Shown here: positions 1 through 9,902 of the stretch, piece after piece
Layout: each line of letters starts with the position of its first letter
How positions within the stretch are numbered: position 1 is the first letter of the stretch
From: an uncultured Candidatus Micrarchaeota archaeon
GTDB lineage: Archaea > Micrarchaeota > Micrarchaeia > Norongarragalinales > Norongarragalinaceae
Direction of reading: 5' to 3'
DNA length: 38,954 nucleotides
Assembly (NCBI GenBank): GCA_903893865.1
Contig: CAITNU010000072.1
Span: forward strand, 1 to 38,954
Program-made: the position numbers and the translations under genes
The notes under the pieces: generated by a model
The model's input: only the letters and a program-made list of their open reading frames with translations
What the model was told of the DNA's origin: nothing
Databases searched by the model: none

Positions 1-210
1 CCCGCCGAAGTTGTCAACATCATCGGGCGGACTGGCGTTTTCGGGGAAGTAAAGCAAATTCTCGTGAAAGTCCTCGACGGCCGCGACAAGGGCCGCGTGA
101 TTCGGCGCAACGTGAAAGGCCCAGTGCGCAAGGGCGACGTCTTGCTGTTGCTCGAGACCGAGCGCGAAGCGCGTCCGCTGAAGTCGAAGAAGCGCGAACT
201 CAAGAAGTAA
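1..210 (+). CDS. rps28e: 30S ribosomal protein S28e (5' truncated by window edge)
   Basis: Manual translation of frame 1: [58 protein letters not shown]..., the S28e signature; TAA at 208-210. Confidence 0.95.
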   Translation, partial: PAEVVNIIGRTGVFGEVKQILVKVLDGRDKGRVIRRNVKGPVRKGDVLLLLETEREARPLKSKKRELKK

Positions 211-258
211 TCTATAAAACGGAAATGACTAAACAAAAATCTGGTGAAGTGATTCATC

Positions 259-432
259 ATGGCTGACTGCGTTTTTTGCGGGAGACAGATTCCTGAAGGC
301 AGCGGGTTCACTGTGTTCAAGAAGGACGGGTCCGCGCAGCGTTACTGCTCACGAAAGTGCCGGCGTAACTCCGAGCTAAAGCGCAACCCGCGCGACTTCA
401 AGTGGACGAAGGCTGGCGCTAAGAAAAGTTGA
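259..432 (+). CDS. rpl24e: 50S ribosomal protein L24e
   Basis: Manual translation MADCVFCGRQIPEGSGFTVFKKDGSAQRYCSRKCRRN...PRDFKWT; CxxC/CSxKC zinc motif; follows S28e as in the conserved archaeal gene order. Confidence 0.93.
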   Translation: MADCVFCGRQIPEGSGFTVFKKDGSAQRYCSRKCRRNSELKRNPRDFKWTKAGAKKS

Positions 433-468
433 GCTTTTTTAGGAATCGGCGTTTTTGGGTGCGGCGTA

Positions 469-2934
469 ATGTTGGGAAAGCTCGACCACGAAGCGATTCA
501 AGGCAAGTGGAACGCCGAGTGGGAACGCTGCGGCGTCTACGAGTTCGATGCGAAAAGCAAAAAACCGGTTTATTCGATCGATTCGCCTCCTCCGTTTACG
601 AGCGGCGCGTTGCACATGGGTCACATGCTTTCCTACGCGTATTTCGATTTCGCGGCTCGCTACAAGCGCATGCGAGGCTACGCCGTTTACTACCCGCAAG
701 GCTGGGACTGTCAAGGGTTTCCTACGGAAGTAAAAGTGCGCGCGAAGCATTCGAACGCGTCGCGCGAGGATTTTTTGCGTTTCGCCCACGAATTCACCGA
801 AGCGAACATCGCGAAGATGAAGAGCCAGATGCGCGCCATGGGGTTTTCGCCTGACTGGAAGCACGAGTATAAAACGATGAGCGACGATTACCACCGCCGA
901 GTGCAGTATTCGCTTCTCCGCATGTTCAACGACGGCCTGATTTACCGCGCCAAGCATCCCGTTTTGTGGTGTCCTAAGTGCGCGAGCGCGATAGCGAAAG
1001 CGGAAACCGAAGAAAAGCAGCGGGAGACGCGCCTTAATTTCGTTCGTTTTCGCGTTGCCGCCGCGAGTCCGAAAGCAAAAACGCAGTTTCGCGCGGACGA
1101 AAAAATCGTCATCGCAACGACTCGCCCCGAGTTCTTGCACGCGTGCGTCGCGGTGGCAGTGCATCCCGAGGATTTGCGTTTTGCTCAGCTCGTGGGCGCC
1201 GAACTCGAGGTTCCGTTGTTCAAGCAGCGCGTGCGCGTAATCGCCGATCGCGACGTGGATAAGGATTTCGGCACGGGTATAGTAATGATTTGCACTTTCG
1301 GGGACAGGCAGGACGTTGTTTGGGCTTATCGTTTAAACCTGAAAGTAATCGAAGCGCTTGACGAATGCGGGCGGTTAATCAACGCTGGCGAGTACGACGG
1401 AATGAAGGTCAAGGACGGCCGCGAAAAAATCCTGGAAGCGCTGCGAGAGCACGAGCTCTTCGAGCACGACGCTCCGCTCGCGCAGAACGTGAAAGTCCAC
1501 GACCGCTGCGGAACCGAAGCCGAATTTTTGCCGTCGTTCCAGTGGTTCATCAAACTAAAGAACGCGGGCGACGACGTAGTCGCCGCCGGGAAAAAAATGC
1601 GTTGGATTCCTTCTTTCACGCTTCAATACCTCGTCGATTGGGCTGAAGGCCTCGAGTGGGATTGGGTGATTTCGCGGCAAAACGTTTTCGGGACTCCGCT
1701 TCCGTTCTGGTACTGCGAAAAGTGCGGGGAAATCGTTGCAGCTGACGAGAAACGCCTGCCCGTCGATCCAGCGCGCGAAAAACAAAAACCGCACGCGGGC
1801 AAATGCCCGAAGTGCGGCGGCGCGCTAGTTGGCGAGCAAAGCGTTTGCGATTGTTGGGTGGATTCGAGCATTACGCCGCTCGTGATTGCGAAGTGGCCTG
1901 ACGATGATGCGTTCTTCAAAAAAGTTTATCCCGCGACGCTGCGGCCGCAAGGGCTTGAGATTATCCGCACTTGGGCGTTTTACACGATTTTCCGTTGCCT
2001 GAAACTCACGGGCGAGCCGCCTTTCCGCGAACTCCTCATAAACGGCTCCGTGCTCGGAACCGACGGCAAGAAGATGAGCAAGAGCGCGGGGAATTTCGAA
2101 GACCCTGAAGCGCTGCTCAAAAAGTATCCCGCTGACGCGCTGCGCCAGTGGGCTGCTCTCAGCGGTGCTTTCGCGAAAGACCGGCCTTTCTCGTATAAAG
2201 ACGTGGATTTCGCGAAGTCGTTCCTCACGAAGTTGTGGAATGCGGCGCGCTTCGTGGAAAGCGCCACGCAGGATTTCGACAAGCGCACGAAACCGAAAAA
2301 ACTCGAGCTCGTCGACCAGTGGCTTCTCGCGAAAACCGACGCGTGCGTCGCGCAGTGCACTGCAGCGCTCGAGGAATACGATTATTTCGCGGCGATAAAC
2401 GCGGTGCACCAATTCTTTTGGCGCGATTTCTGCGATTACTACATCGAAGACGTCAAGCACAGGATTTATTCGGAAGAGCAATCGAGCGCGAGCACGGAAT
2501 CGCGTTCAGCAGCGCAGTACGCGCTGCGCGTCTCGCTCGAGAAAACGCTTTTGCTGCTCGCGCCTTTCGCTTGCTACACGACCGACGAAATCTATTCGCA
2601 GTTGTACGCGAAAGACGGAGCCAGTGTTCATGCGCAAGCCTGGCCTGCGGCGGATTTTCCCGCTGACGGTCGCGTCGAGCAAATCGTTGGCGCGCTGCAT
2701 TTCGTTTTAAGCGAGATTCGCAAGTTCAAGGCGTCGAACGCCCTTGCCCTCAACGCGCCGCTTGCTACCGTAACGGTTCGCGCGAGCGAGGAGCGGGCGC
2801 GCGACCTGGCGGACGTTTTCGACGAGATAAAGGCGATCGCTAAAGTCGGCAACGTTGTTGTGGAAGAAATACGAGAAGGCGATTCAAAGGATTCAAAGAA
2901 TTCGGAGGGTTTAATAGTCGAGTGCAGCAAATAA
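469..2934 (+). CDS. valS: Valine--tRNA ligase
   Basis: 821 aa; DSPPPFTSGALHMGH (HIGH), GWDCQG, DWVISRQ and KMSKS motifs; archaeal ValRS size. Confidence 0.93.
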   Translation: MLGKLDHEAIQGKWNAEWERCGVYEFDAKSKKPVYSIDSPPPFTSGALHMGHMLSYAYFDFAARYKRMRGYAVYYPQGWDCQGFPTEVKVRAKHSNASREDFLRFAHEFTEANIAKMKSQMRAMGFSPDWKHEYKTMSDDYHRRVQYSLLRMFNDGLIYRAKHPVLWCPKCASAIAKAETEEKQRETRLNFVRFRVAAASPKAKTQFRADEKIVIATTRPEFLHACVAVAVHPEDLRFAQLVGAELEVPLFKQRVRVIADRDVDKDFGTGIVMICTFGDRQDVVWAYRLNLKVIEALDECGRLINAGEYDGMKVKDGREKILEALREHELFEHDAPLAQNVKVHDRCGTEAEFLPSFQWFIKLKNAGDDVVAAGKKMRWIPSFTLQYLVDWAEGLEWDWVISRQNVFGTPLPFWYCEKCGEIVAADEKRLPVDPAREKQKPHAGKCPKCGGALVGEQSVCDCWVDSSITPLVIAKWPDDDAFFKKVYPATLRPQGLEIIRTWAFYTIFRCLKLTGEPPFRELLINGSVLGTDGKKMSKSAGNFEDPEALLKKYPADALRQWAALSGAFAKDRPFSYKDVDFAKSFLTKLWNAARFVESATQDFDKRTKPKKLELVDQWLLAKTDACVAQCTAALEEYDYFAAINAVHQFFWRDFCDYYIEDVKHRIYSEEQSSASTESRSAAQYALRVSLEKTLLLLAPFACYTTDEIYSQLYAKDGASVHAQAWPAADFPADGRVEQIVGALHFVLSEIRKFKASNALALNAPLATVTVRASEERARDLADVFDEIKAIAKVGNVVVEEIREGDSKDSKNSEGLIVECSK

Positions 2935-3011
2935 TTAGCCTTTATTTCAGGTTTATTTTGCGTTAATTAGCAGTTTTTAAAATTCGGTTTTCAAAGGAGT
3001 TGGTTTTTGGA

Positions 3012-3461
3012 ATGGCGCGTTTGCACACGAGAAAAAAGGGTAGGAGCGCTTCGCACAAGCCGGCGTTGAAGAGCGCGGGTTGGGTGAGGCAGTCGAAGGA
3101 GGAAGTTCTCGCGCTTGTCGAGCGTCTGGCGAAGGAGGGCAAAACGGAAGCGCAGATCGGGCTTGCTTTGCGCGACGAGCACGGAGTGCCGAGCGTGAAA
3201 ATGATTACCGGCAAGAGCGTCTCGAAAATCCTGGAGGAAAAGAAGGTCGCGCCGAAATATCCGTCGACGTTAATTGATTTGATTCGCAAGGCGGTTTCGC
3301 TTCGCAAGCATCTCGAAGCGAATCACCGGGACAAGCAGAACCGCAAGAAGTTGAACGACGTGGAATCGAAAATCAAGCGGCTAGTACGTTATTACCGCGG
3401 CAAAAAACTGCCGAAGGATTGGAAGTATTCCGCCGAAGAGGCTGCGCTGCTCGTGAAGTGA
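3012..3461 (+). CDS. rps15: 30S ribosomal protein S15 (S13e-like)
   Basis: MARLHTRKKGRSAS...IGLALRDEHGVP...ESKIKRLVRYY; start set at ATG 3012. Confidence 0.95.
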   Translation: MARLHTRKKGRSASHKPALKSAGWVRQSKEEVLALVERLAKEGKTEAQIGLALRDEHGVPSVKMITGKSVSKILEEKKVAPKYPSTLIDLIRKAVSLRKHLEANHRDKQNRKKLNDVESKIKRLVRYYRGKKLPKDWKYSAEEAALLVK

Positions 3462-3516
3462 AGATGACTTTTGAGGGTATTCAAAAATTCGGAATTCGGA
3501 AGGGTGAACAACATTA

Positions 3517-4146
3517 ATGGCTGACAAGAAGAAAGTGATTGACACTTGGAAACTGAAGACGTGGTACTCGGTTCTCGCACCGAAATTCCTCGGCGAAGTG
3601 GAAATCGCGAAGACGCCTGCGAGCGACGAGGACAAGCTGATTAACCGCGTTATTATTCTTCCGTTGAAAGAGGTTTCGCATGACATCGCGCACATTTACA
3701 CGAACATCAAGCTCCGCGTCTTCGAAATAAAGGGAAAAACCGCGTTCACTAAATTCATCGGGCACGAAATCAGCAAAGAGTACCTAAGCACTCTCGTGCG
3801 CAGGCATCGCGATGCCTTGCACGTCGTTTACCCCGTCAAGTCGCGCGACGGAGTCGAATTCACAGTCAAAATCCTGCTCGTAACCGCAGTTCCGTGCAGC
3901 AACTCGCAGAAGACGGCGTTGCGCAACGCGCTCAAGAAGGAAGTAGAAGCGAAGGTCGCCGCAACTGATTTCGGTAAATTCATTACCGAGGCGCTTTACG
4001 GACGGCTTGGAGCCGAACTCTCGCAAAAGCTGAAGCGCATTGCGCCCGTTCGCCGAATCGAAATCAAGAAGACGCAGTTGAAGGAAGAATTCGACACTGA
4101 AGCAGTTGAAAAACCGGAAGGCGCGGAAGGCACCGCGCCTGCGTAG
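3517..4146 (+). CDS. rps3ae: 30S ribosomal protein S3Ae (eS1)
   Basis: DTWKLKTWYSVLAPKF...TKFIGHE...LVRR...IAPVRRIEIKK; follows S15. Confidence 0.93.
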   Translation: MADKKKVIDTWKLKTWYSVLAPKFLGEVEIAKTPASDEDKLINRVIILPLKEVSHDIAHIYTNIKLRVFEIKGKTAFTKFIGHEISKEYLSTLVRRHRDALHVVYPVKSRDGVEFTVKILLVTAVPCSNSQKTALRNALKKEVEAKVAATDFGKFITEALYGRLGAELSQKLKRIAPVRRIEIKKTQLKEEFDTEAVEKPEGAEGTAPA

Positions 4147-4833
4147 TCACGCGAATCCGCTTAAGTCGAGTTGCGTAGTTTTCATGCGCTTCGCCGTAAT
4201 CCACGTGTGGCGAATGAATTCCTGCAACGCCTCGTCGCGAATATGCTTTTTGAGGAACGCTATCGTGCGTTCGTCGTGCGAATACCCATTCCCGAAATCG
4301 TGTCCCAGTTTGCGCTTGATTTCTTCTATTTCGTAGTCGCGAGTGACTTTTGCTAGAATCGACGCCGCGCCGACGACGGGGTAATTTACGTCCGCCTTGT
4401 GTTCGCACACGAGCGTCGCCTGCTTCGGGAAAGAAAAGTATTTTCGCAATCGAGCTGCGTACTTCGAGGCAGTCGGGTCGGGCGTGTCCACGTAAATCGT
4501 TTTCACGTTTCGCGCCCCGACTTTCTTGATTACTTCGCTGATTGCTTTAGCCATCGCGCGCGCTTCGATTTCGTTGAGGCTCGTTCGCTTGCTCATCGAT
4601 TGGGTGAGTTCCGCGGCAGTAAGAATTACGAGCGAGTGCGGGTGGCGTTTGATGCTTTTTGCGATTTCCTCGCGCTGCTGCGGCGTGAGCAGTTTCGAGT
4701 CTTTGACTCCGCCGTCGCGCAAGCCGCATTCGTCGCCTTGCGCGCAAGCGAATGCGCAGATGACCATCGGACCAAGCACAGGCCCGCGGCCGGCTTCATC
4801 GCAGCCGACGACGTAATTCGGTTCATCATTCAC
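4147..4833 (-). CDS. rnhB: Ribonuclease HII
   Basis: GCDEAGRGPVLGPMV, VKDSKLL, HKAD, AASILAKVTRD and GNGY motifs; start GTG 4833 is uncertain (ORF extends to 4857). Confidence 0.93.
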   Translation of the reverse strand: MNDEPNYVVGCDEAGRGPVLGPMVICAFACAQGDECGLRDGGVKDSKLLTPQQREEIAKSIKRHPHSLVILTAAELTQSMSKRTSLNEIEARAMAKAISEVIKKVGARNVKTIYVDTPDPTASKYAARLRKYFSFPKQATLVCEHKADVNYPVVGAASILAKVTRDYEIEEIKRKLGHDFGNGYSHDERTIAFLKKHIRDEALQEFIRHTWITAKRMKTTQLDLSGFA

Positions 4834-4840
4834 AACGGTT

Positions 4841-5896
4841 TTACTCTTTGCTTTCAAGACAAGCGCCTTTTTGTGCGAACGCGATTTCGAACGATTCGTA
4901 ACCAGCCTTGCGCACCGCGCGCAAAACCTGCGTTTGCTGCATTTCGCGGCTTAAAATGATGACTGCCCCGCCGCATCCGCCTCCGCCGATGAGTTTCGCT
5001 CCGAGCGCGCCGTTGCTTTTAGCGATCGCGCGAATCGATTCGATTTGCGGCGTGGAAACGCCGTCTCGCGCGAGCAGCGAATGATTTTTATTAAGCAATT
5101 CGCCTAGCCGCTTTGCGTCGCCTTTCGCGTGCAGCTCGCGCTTGATTTCGGCGACTACTTCGTCGTATTCGTGCGTAACGCGTTTTCGTTCCATGTTTGA
5201 AAGTTCGCTTGCGCCGCAGCGTATTCCGTGCGAGTCGCGCCAAACCGCGGTTAGCTGCGCCGTGTTCGCGCACTTGCGGGTCGAATCCATGGAACTCGCA
5301 AGCGTGAGCGTTGCGCCTTCAGGCAACGCCATGCCCGCAGGCTCGTAAACCATTTTGAAGCCGTTTGCCGCGGCTGCGTCGAATTCCTTGTGCAATTCGA
5401 GAGCGCAATCGCTGAGCACGGCGGCAACGTCTCCGCCGCTGCTGCGGCCGCCGTGCCACTCGTCGTCTCCGACGAATGCGGCGTCGAATAACTCGTCGTG
5501 CGTCGGCGTTTTCCCGCAGTACTCGTAAAGCGCTAGCGCGAGCGCGGCGCTTATGCTTGCGCTGTTGCCGGTGCCTTTTGGTGCGCCGCTGAACTCGCGC
5601 GAAGCGAGAATCGGTTTGACGAGTTTGAACTTGGTTTTCGCGAAAACGTGCCGCGCGACTTCGAGCAAGGGAAACCAAACGGTGTTGCCTTGTTTTTCTC
5701 CGTCGGGCTTTAGCGTCGCCGCTCCCAGCGGCTCGCCTTTGAAGTAAAAGCGCGGGTAACCGCTGAATTTTTGCACTGAAGCGTAATTGCGCCTGCCGTT
5801 CACTTCTACGGGCGCGAGCAGCGCGCGTCCGCCGTAGACGATGCTGTGCTCGCCCGCAATGTGAATCTTGTTGGGCGCGCTAGCGATTGTCTTCAT
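4841..5896 (-). CDS. mvk: Mevalonate kinase (GHMP family)
   Basis: APNKIHIAGEHSIVYGG, divergent P-loop PKGTGNSAS, SGGD and GAKLIGGGGCGG motifs; sits in a mevalonate cluster. Confidence 0.8.
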   Translation of the reverse strand: MKTIASAPNKIHIAGEHSIVYGGRALLAPVEVNGRRNYASVQKFSGYPRFYFKGEPLGAATLKPDGEKQGNTVWFPLLEVARHVFAKTKFKLVKPILASREFSGAPKGTGNSASISAALALALYEYCGKTPTHDELFDAAFVGDDEWHGGRSSGGDVAAVLSDCALELHKEFDAAAANGFKMVYEPAGMALPEGATLTLASSMDSTRKCANTAQLTAVWRDSHGIRCGASELSNMERKRVTHEYDEVVAEIKRELHAKGDAKRLGELLNKNHSLLARDGVSTPQIESIRAIAKSNGALGAKLIGGGGCGGAVIILSREMQQTQVLRAVRKAGYESFEIAFAQKGACLESKE

Positions 5897-6012
5897 TTTT
5901 CAACCCTTCGTTGCTTACGTTTTCTATTTTCGTCGCTCGTCGTTGTTTGTTTAAGCGGAGAAGGTTTTTAACTTGTTTCCAACTTAACTTACTCTCCAAG
6001 GGGGCGGGTTTA

Positions 6013-6603
6013 TTGCGAATCGTTTTGTGCGTTACCGGAGCTTCGGGCATCGATTACGCGCTAGCGATCGCGCGCGAGCTCGCGCAGCAGCACGCCGAAA
6101 CTCATTGTGTCGTGACTGAAAACGCGAAGCTCGTTATGAAGTACGAGGCGCCGGCTGCGTTGCGCGAATTCAAGCGCATTTGCGCGCGCGTTTACGGCGA
6201 GAAGCAAATCGATGCGCCGATTGCGAGCGGCTCGTTTCGCGCGGATGCGCTCATCGTCTGCCCTTGCAGCATGAAGACGTTGAGCGCGATAGCGAACGGC
6301 TTCGCTTACAACCTCGTTGCGCGCGCTGCGGACGTCGCGCTCAAGGAAGGCGATGCCCGAAAAATCGTTTTGGTTCCGCGCGAGATGCCTTGGAGTGTGG
6401 TTGCTTTCGAGAACGCGTTGAAGCTCGCGCGCCTCGGCGTTGTTATTGCGCCTGCTTCGCCTGGTTTTTACGACAAGCCTAAAAGCGTTGCCGACTTAAC
6501 GAATTTCGTTGCTGGACGCGTTCTGGCTGCCGCGGGCGTGGAAAATGCGCTTTATCCTCGTTGGTCGAAAAAGCCGGAAAAGCCGAACAAGGTGAGAAAA
6601 TGA
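6013..6603 (+). CDS. ubiX: UbiX flavin prenyltransferase (prFMN synthase)
   Basis: VTGASG, IASGSF, PCSMKTLSAIANG, RAADVALKE, LVPREMP and PASPGFY motifs; TTG start at 6013 after a G-rich SD-like sequence. Confidence 0.92.
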   Translation: MRIVLCVTGASGIDYALAIARELAQQHAETHCVVTENAKLVMKYEAPAALREFKRICARVYGEKQIDAPIASGSFRADALIVCPCSMKTLSAIANGFAYNLVARAADVALKEGDARKIVLVPREMPWSVVAFENALKLARLGVVIAPASPGFYDKPKSVADLTNFVAGRVLAAAGVENALYPRWSKKPEKPNKVRK

Positions 6604-7910
6604 GTTTGCGTTCTTTCATCGAAAAGCTCGACAAGCAAGGGAAACTCTTGCGAGTAAAGAAGAAGCCGAAGGCGGAGCTTGAGGCTGCGGCGCTCATAAA
6701 AGAATTCAATGCACGGCCGCTTTTGTTCGAGAACGGCACTGCGGAAAGCGACGTGCCGTTCGTTGCGAACGTTTACTCGACGAAGCCTCTCGTCGCAGCG
6801 TATTTCGGCGTAGCGCAAAGCGAGCTCATTCCGAAAATGATTCGCGCGCTTGACGCGCCGACTGAGCCTGAAACGGTTTCGAACGCGCCGTGCCAGGAAG
6901 TAGTTGAAAACAACGTTGATTTGTACTCGCTTCCAATCGTGAAGTGTTACGCTGGCGAGGCGGGGCGCTATCTTTCGAGCGGCATCTATTTCGTAAAGGA
7001 TAAAGAGCTCGGTCAAAACGCGTCTTACCATCGTTCGCTCGTTATTTCGAAAAACCGTTTCGCGTTTCGCATGCTGCCGCGGCACCTCGCGGAGTTCAAG
7101 AAGCGCGCCGGAGGCGCAATCGACGCGGCGATTTGCGTTGGGTTCGGCGCTAACGTCGCGCTGGCGGGCGCAACGAGCGTGGATTTAGGCGCCGATGAAA
7201 TGCGCGTTGCCAACGCCCTCGAGCCCTTGAAGATGACTAAAGCGAAAACAATCGACGTCGCTGTGCCCGCCGACGCGGAGTTCGTTCTCGAGGGGCGCAT
7301 TCTCAACGAAACGAGCGCCGAGGGGCCGTTCGTCGACCTAACCGAAACGATGGACGTTCAACGCCCTGCCGAGCCCGTATTCGAAGTCAAGTGCGTGACG
7401 CACCGCAAAAACGCGGTTTGGCAGAATTTGCTGCAAGGCGGGCTCGAGCACAAGATTTTGATGGGCATGCCGCGCGAGCCAACGATTTATTCGAGCGTAA
7501 ACAAAGTCGTGAAGTGCGTGGACGTGAATATTACGCCCGGCGGTTGTTCTTGGTTGCACGGAGTCGTAAAAATAAAGAAAACAAAGGAAGACGACGGACG
7601 CAAGGCGATTGAAGCTGCTTTCGAAGGGCACAAGTCGATGAAACGCGTCGTAGTAGTGGACGACGACATCGATATTCTCGACCCGAACGAAGTCGAGTGG
7701 GCGCTTGCGACTCGCTTTCAAGCCGACGTCGATTTAATCGTGAAACCCAAGCAGAAAGGCAGCAGCCTCGATCCGTCGAGCGAGCCGGGAACGCACGTGA
7801 CGTGCAAGTGGGGGCTCGATGCGACGAAGCCGCTTGTTGCGAAAGGAAAGGATTTTACGAAAATTCGCGCGCCTAAAACGGATTCAAGGAAGTTCGTTGT
7901 GTGCGATTAG
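6600..7910 (+). CDS. UbiD-family decarboxylase, probably trans-anhydromevalonate 5-phosphate decarboxylase
   Basis: AEFVLEG, EGPFVDLT, VVVVDDDIDI, WALATRFQ, SSLDPS and GLDATKP UbiD motifs; ATGA overlap with ubiX; mevalonate context. Confidence 0.88.
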   Translation: MSLRSFIEKLDKQGKLLRVKKKPKAELEAAALIKEFNARPLLFENGTAESDVPFVANVYSTKPLVAAYFGVAQSELIPKMIRALDAPTEPETVSNAPCQEVVENNVDLYSLPIVKCYAGEAGRYLSSGIYFVKDKELGQNASYHRSLVISKNRFAFRMLPRHLAEFKKRAGGAIDAAICVGFGANVALAGATSVDLGADEMRVANALEPLKMTKAKTIDVAVPADAEFVLEGRILNETSAEGPFVDLTETMDVQRPAEPVFEVKCVTHRKNAVWQNLLQGGLEHKILMGMPREPTIYSSVNKVVKCVDVNITPGGCSWLHGVVKIKKTKEDDGRKAIEAAFEGHKSMKRVVVVDDDIDILDPNEVEWALATRFQADVDLIVKPKQKGSSLDPSSEPGTHVTCKWGLDATKPLVAKGKDFTKIRAPKTDSRKFVVCD

Positions 7911-7936
7911 TTTGTGATTAAGGAGTTGGTTGCAGC

Positions 7937-9193
7937 ATGGAGTTGACTGCTGACGAAAAAGAAATGCTTGAAGGCAAGCAAGGTAACGCCGTCAAGAAAA
8001 GCATGGAGATTTTGTGCGCGCTCGGCGAGATTTACGGGGCGAAGCGGCTCATCGACGTCAGCAGCGTGCAAATCGCGGGCGTTAGTTACGACAATCTCGG
8101 GGACGCGGGACTAGAATATTTAAGCGAGCTCGCGAAAGATGGCCGGGCGCGCGTTTTGACGACGCTGAATCCTGCAGGAATGGACCTCGAAGATTGGCGC
8201 AAGCTAGGAATCCCAGAAGATTTCGCTAAAAAACAACTAGAAGTCATCGACGCGTTCAAGAAAATGGGAGTAATCGCGAGTTGCACATGCACTCCTTATT
8301 TTATTGGCAACCTTCCGCGTTACAGCGAGAGCGTGGCGTGGAGCGAGTCGAGCGCCGTCTGTTTCGCCAACAGCGTTCTCGGCGCGAGGACGAACCGCGA
8401 GGGAGGGCCGAGCGCGATTGCGAGCGCGTTGACGGGGAAAACTGCAGAGTACGGAATGCATCTCGACGAAAACCGTCAGGCGCAAGTGCTCGTGAAAGTG
8501 CGGGCGAAGCTGCGTGCGGTGCCTGATTTCGGCGCGTTGGGTTACGCTACTGGCAAGAAAATCGGTAACAAGGTTCCGTTGTTCGTGGGCGTAAAGCGCG
8601 CGAGCGTCGAGCAACTGAAGTCGTTGTGCGCGAGCATTGCGACGTACGGAGGCACAGCGTTGTTCCACATTAAAGGCGTTACGCCTAACCGCACGAGAAA
8701 ACCAACGGAAGAAGTCATAATCACGCAAAACGACGTTGATGACGCGAAAGTCGCGCTCACGGACGCGGGTTACGATGAGCCTGACATTATTTCAGTCGGC
8801 TGCCCTCACTGTTCGATAAACGAAGTGCGGCGCATCGCGGAGCTCCTCGACGGCAAGCACGTCAAGGAAGGCAAGGAATTCTGGATTTGCATTGCGCGTC
8901 CAATCAAGCAAATCGCTGAACAGGCGGGTTACGCGAAAACGATCGAGGCGTCGGGCGCGAAGTTCGCTTGCGACACGTGCATGGTAGTAGCGCCGATTAA
9001 AGGCCGCTTCAAGTGTCTCGCGACCGACAGTGCGAAATCGTGTTTTTACGCTCGCGGCAAGAATGCTTTCAAAACGAAGTTTGGAACGCTGGAAGAATGC
9101 GTCGCAGCGGCAGTCACCGGCGAGTGGAAAGCGAAGCAAGCGAAACAAGCGAAGCCAGCGCAGCCGAAGAAAACGGAAACCGCGGCAGAATGA
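7937..9193 (+). CDS. Phosphomevalonate dehydratase large subunit (aconitase X, DUF521)
   Basis: TTLNPAG, SCTCTPY, WSESSAV, GARTNREGGP, GCPHCS and DTCMVV (Fe-S Cys ligands). Confidence 0.9.
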   Translation: MELTADEKEMLEGKQGNAVKKSMEILCALGEIYGAKRLIDVSSVQIAGVSYDNLGDAGLEYLSELAKDGRARVLTTLNPAGMDLEDWRKLGIPEDFAKKQLEVIDAFKKMGVIASCTCTPYFIGNLPRYSESVAWSESSAVCFANSVLGARTNREGGPSAIASALTGKTAEYGMHLDENRQAQVLVKVRAKLRAVPDFGALGYATGKKIGNKVPLFVGVKRASVEQLKSLCASIATYGGTALFHIKGVTPNRTRKPTEEVIITQNDVDDAKVALTDAGYDEPDIISVGCPHCSINEVRRIAELLDGKHVKEGKEFWICIARPIKQIAEQAGYAKTIEASGAKFACDTCMVVAPIKGRFKCLATDSAKSCFYARGKNAFKTKFGTLEECVAAAVTGEWKAKQAKQAKPAQPKKTETAAE

Positions 9194-9208
9194 AGCAGAA
9201 CGATTCAG

Positions 9209-9619
9209 GTGATTATGTTGGCTGAAGTAAAAGCGCGCGTTATCGCGAAAGGAGTTGCTGAAGGCGACTTGCTCGTCTCGCAAAAACCCGTTTCTTTTTA
9301 CGGGGGCGTTGATCCCGACAGCGGCGTCGTGACGGACGGCGAGAGCGACATCAAGGGGCAAAGCATCGCGGGGAGGGTTCTCGTTTTTCCTACGGGCAAA
9401 GGCTCGACTGTAGGGAGTTACACGCTTTACCGCTTGAAGAAGAACGGCAAGGCGCCTGCGGCAATTATCAACGGCGAGTGCGAAACGATTTGCGCAGTTG
9501 GCGGGATAATCAGTGATGTTCCGCTCGTCGACAAGCCCGAAGGCGGGCTTGCGCAGTTCAAGACTGGTGCAAAAGCGAAGGTTGACGCTAATGCGGGCGT
9601 AATAACGGTTACCCAATAA
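9209..9619 (+). CDS. Phosphomevalonate dehydratase small subunit (aconitase X swivel domain, DUF126)
   Basis: SFYGGVDP, GRVLVFPTGKGSTVGSY and APAAII motifs; directly after the large subunit. Confidence 0.9.
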   Translation: MIMLAEVKARVIAKGVAEGDLLVSQKPVSFYGGVDPDSGVVTDGESDIKGQSIAGRVLVFPTGKGSTVGSYTLYRLKKNGKAPAAIINGECETICAVGGIISDVPLVDKPEGGLAQFKTGAKAKVDANAGVITVTQ

Positions 9620-9902
9620 ATTCTATTTTATGCCGCTTAAATGCGCCTATCTGCGTTTGTTTTTTAAGTGCGGCAACTGTTTTAACACGAAGTATTTTCT
9701 GCATCAAACGTGGAACGTCCTTCTGCACTATGAACTTATGATTCGTGGTTGCGCCGCAAACATGATCGCCGTAAGTAGATTTTTGCCACGTATTGTTCTT
9801 TAAGTGGTATTCAACGCTGATGGTGCCTAGTGCGCCTGTATCCTGCGGCGCTTCTCCAACACTTACAATTTGTCCGTTGATGTGAGTAACCTGAATTCTC
9901 AT
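9609..9902 (-). CDS. Hypothetical protein (AT-richer orphan)
   Basis: 97-aa ORF with ATGA overlap to the IPK stop; composition is visibly AT-richer than its neighbours. Confidence 0.55.
   Translation of the reverse strand: MRIQVTHINGQIVSVGEAPQDTGALGTISVEYHLKNNTWQKSTYGDHVCGATTNHKFIVQKDVPRLMQKILRVKTVAALKKQTQIGAFKRHKIEFIG

Noticed and set aside
6013-7910. UbiX/UbiD as ubiquinone/menaquinone or aromatic-acid decarboxylation genes
   Set aside because: Flanking MVK, AcnX subunits and IPK point to the modified mevalonate pathway.
9125-9190. Short tandem repeat encoding AKQAKQAKPAQP at the AcnX C-terminus (similarly EQKEQKEQK near 15280-15310)
   Set aside because: Ordinary low-complexity tail or linker expansion.
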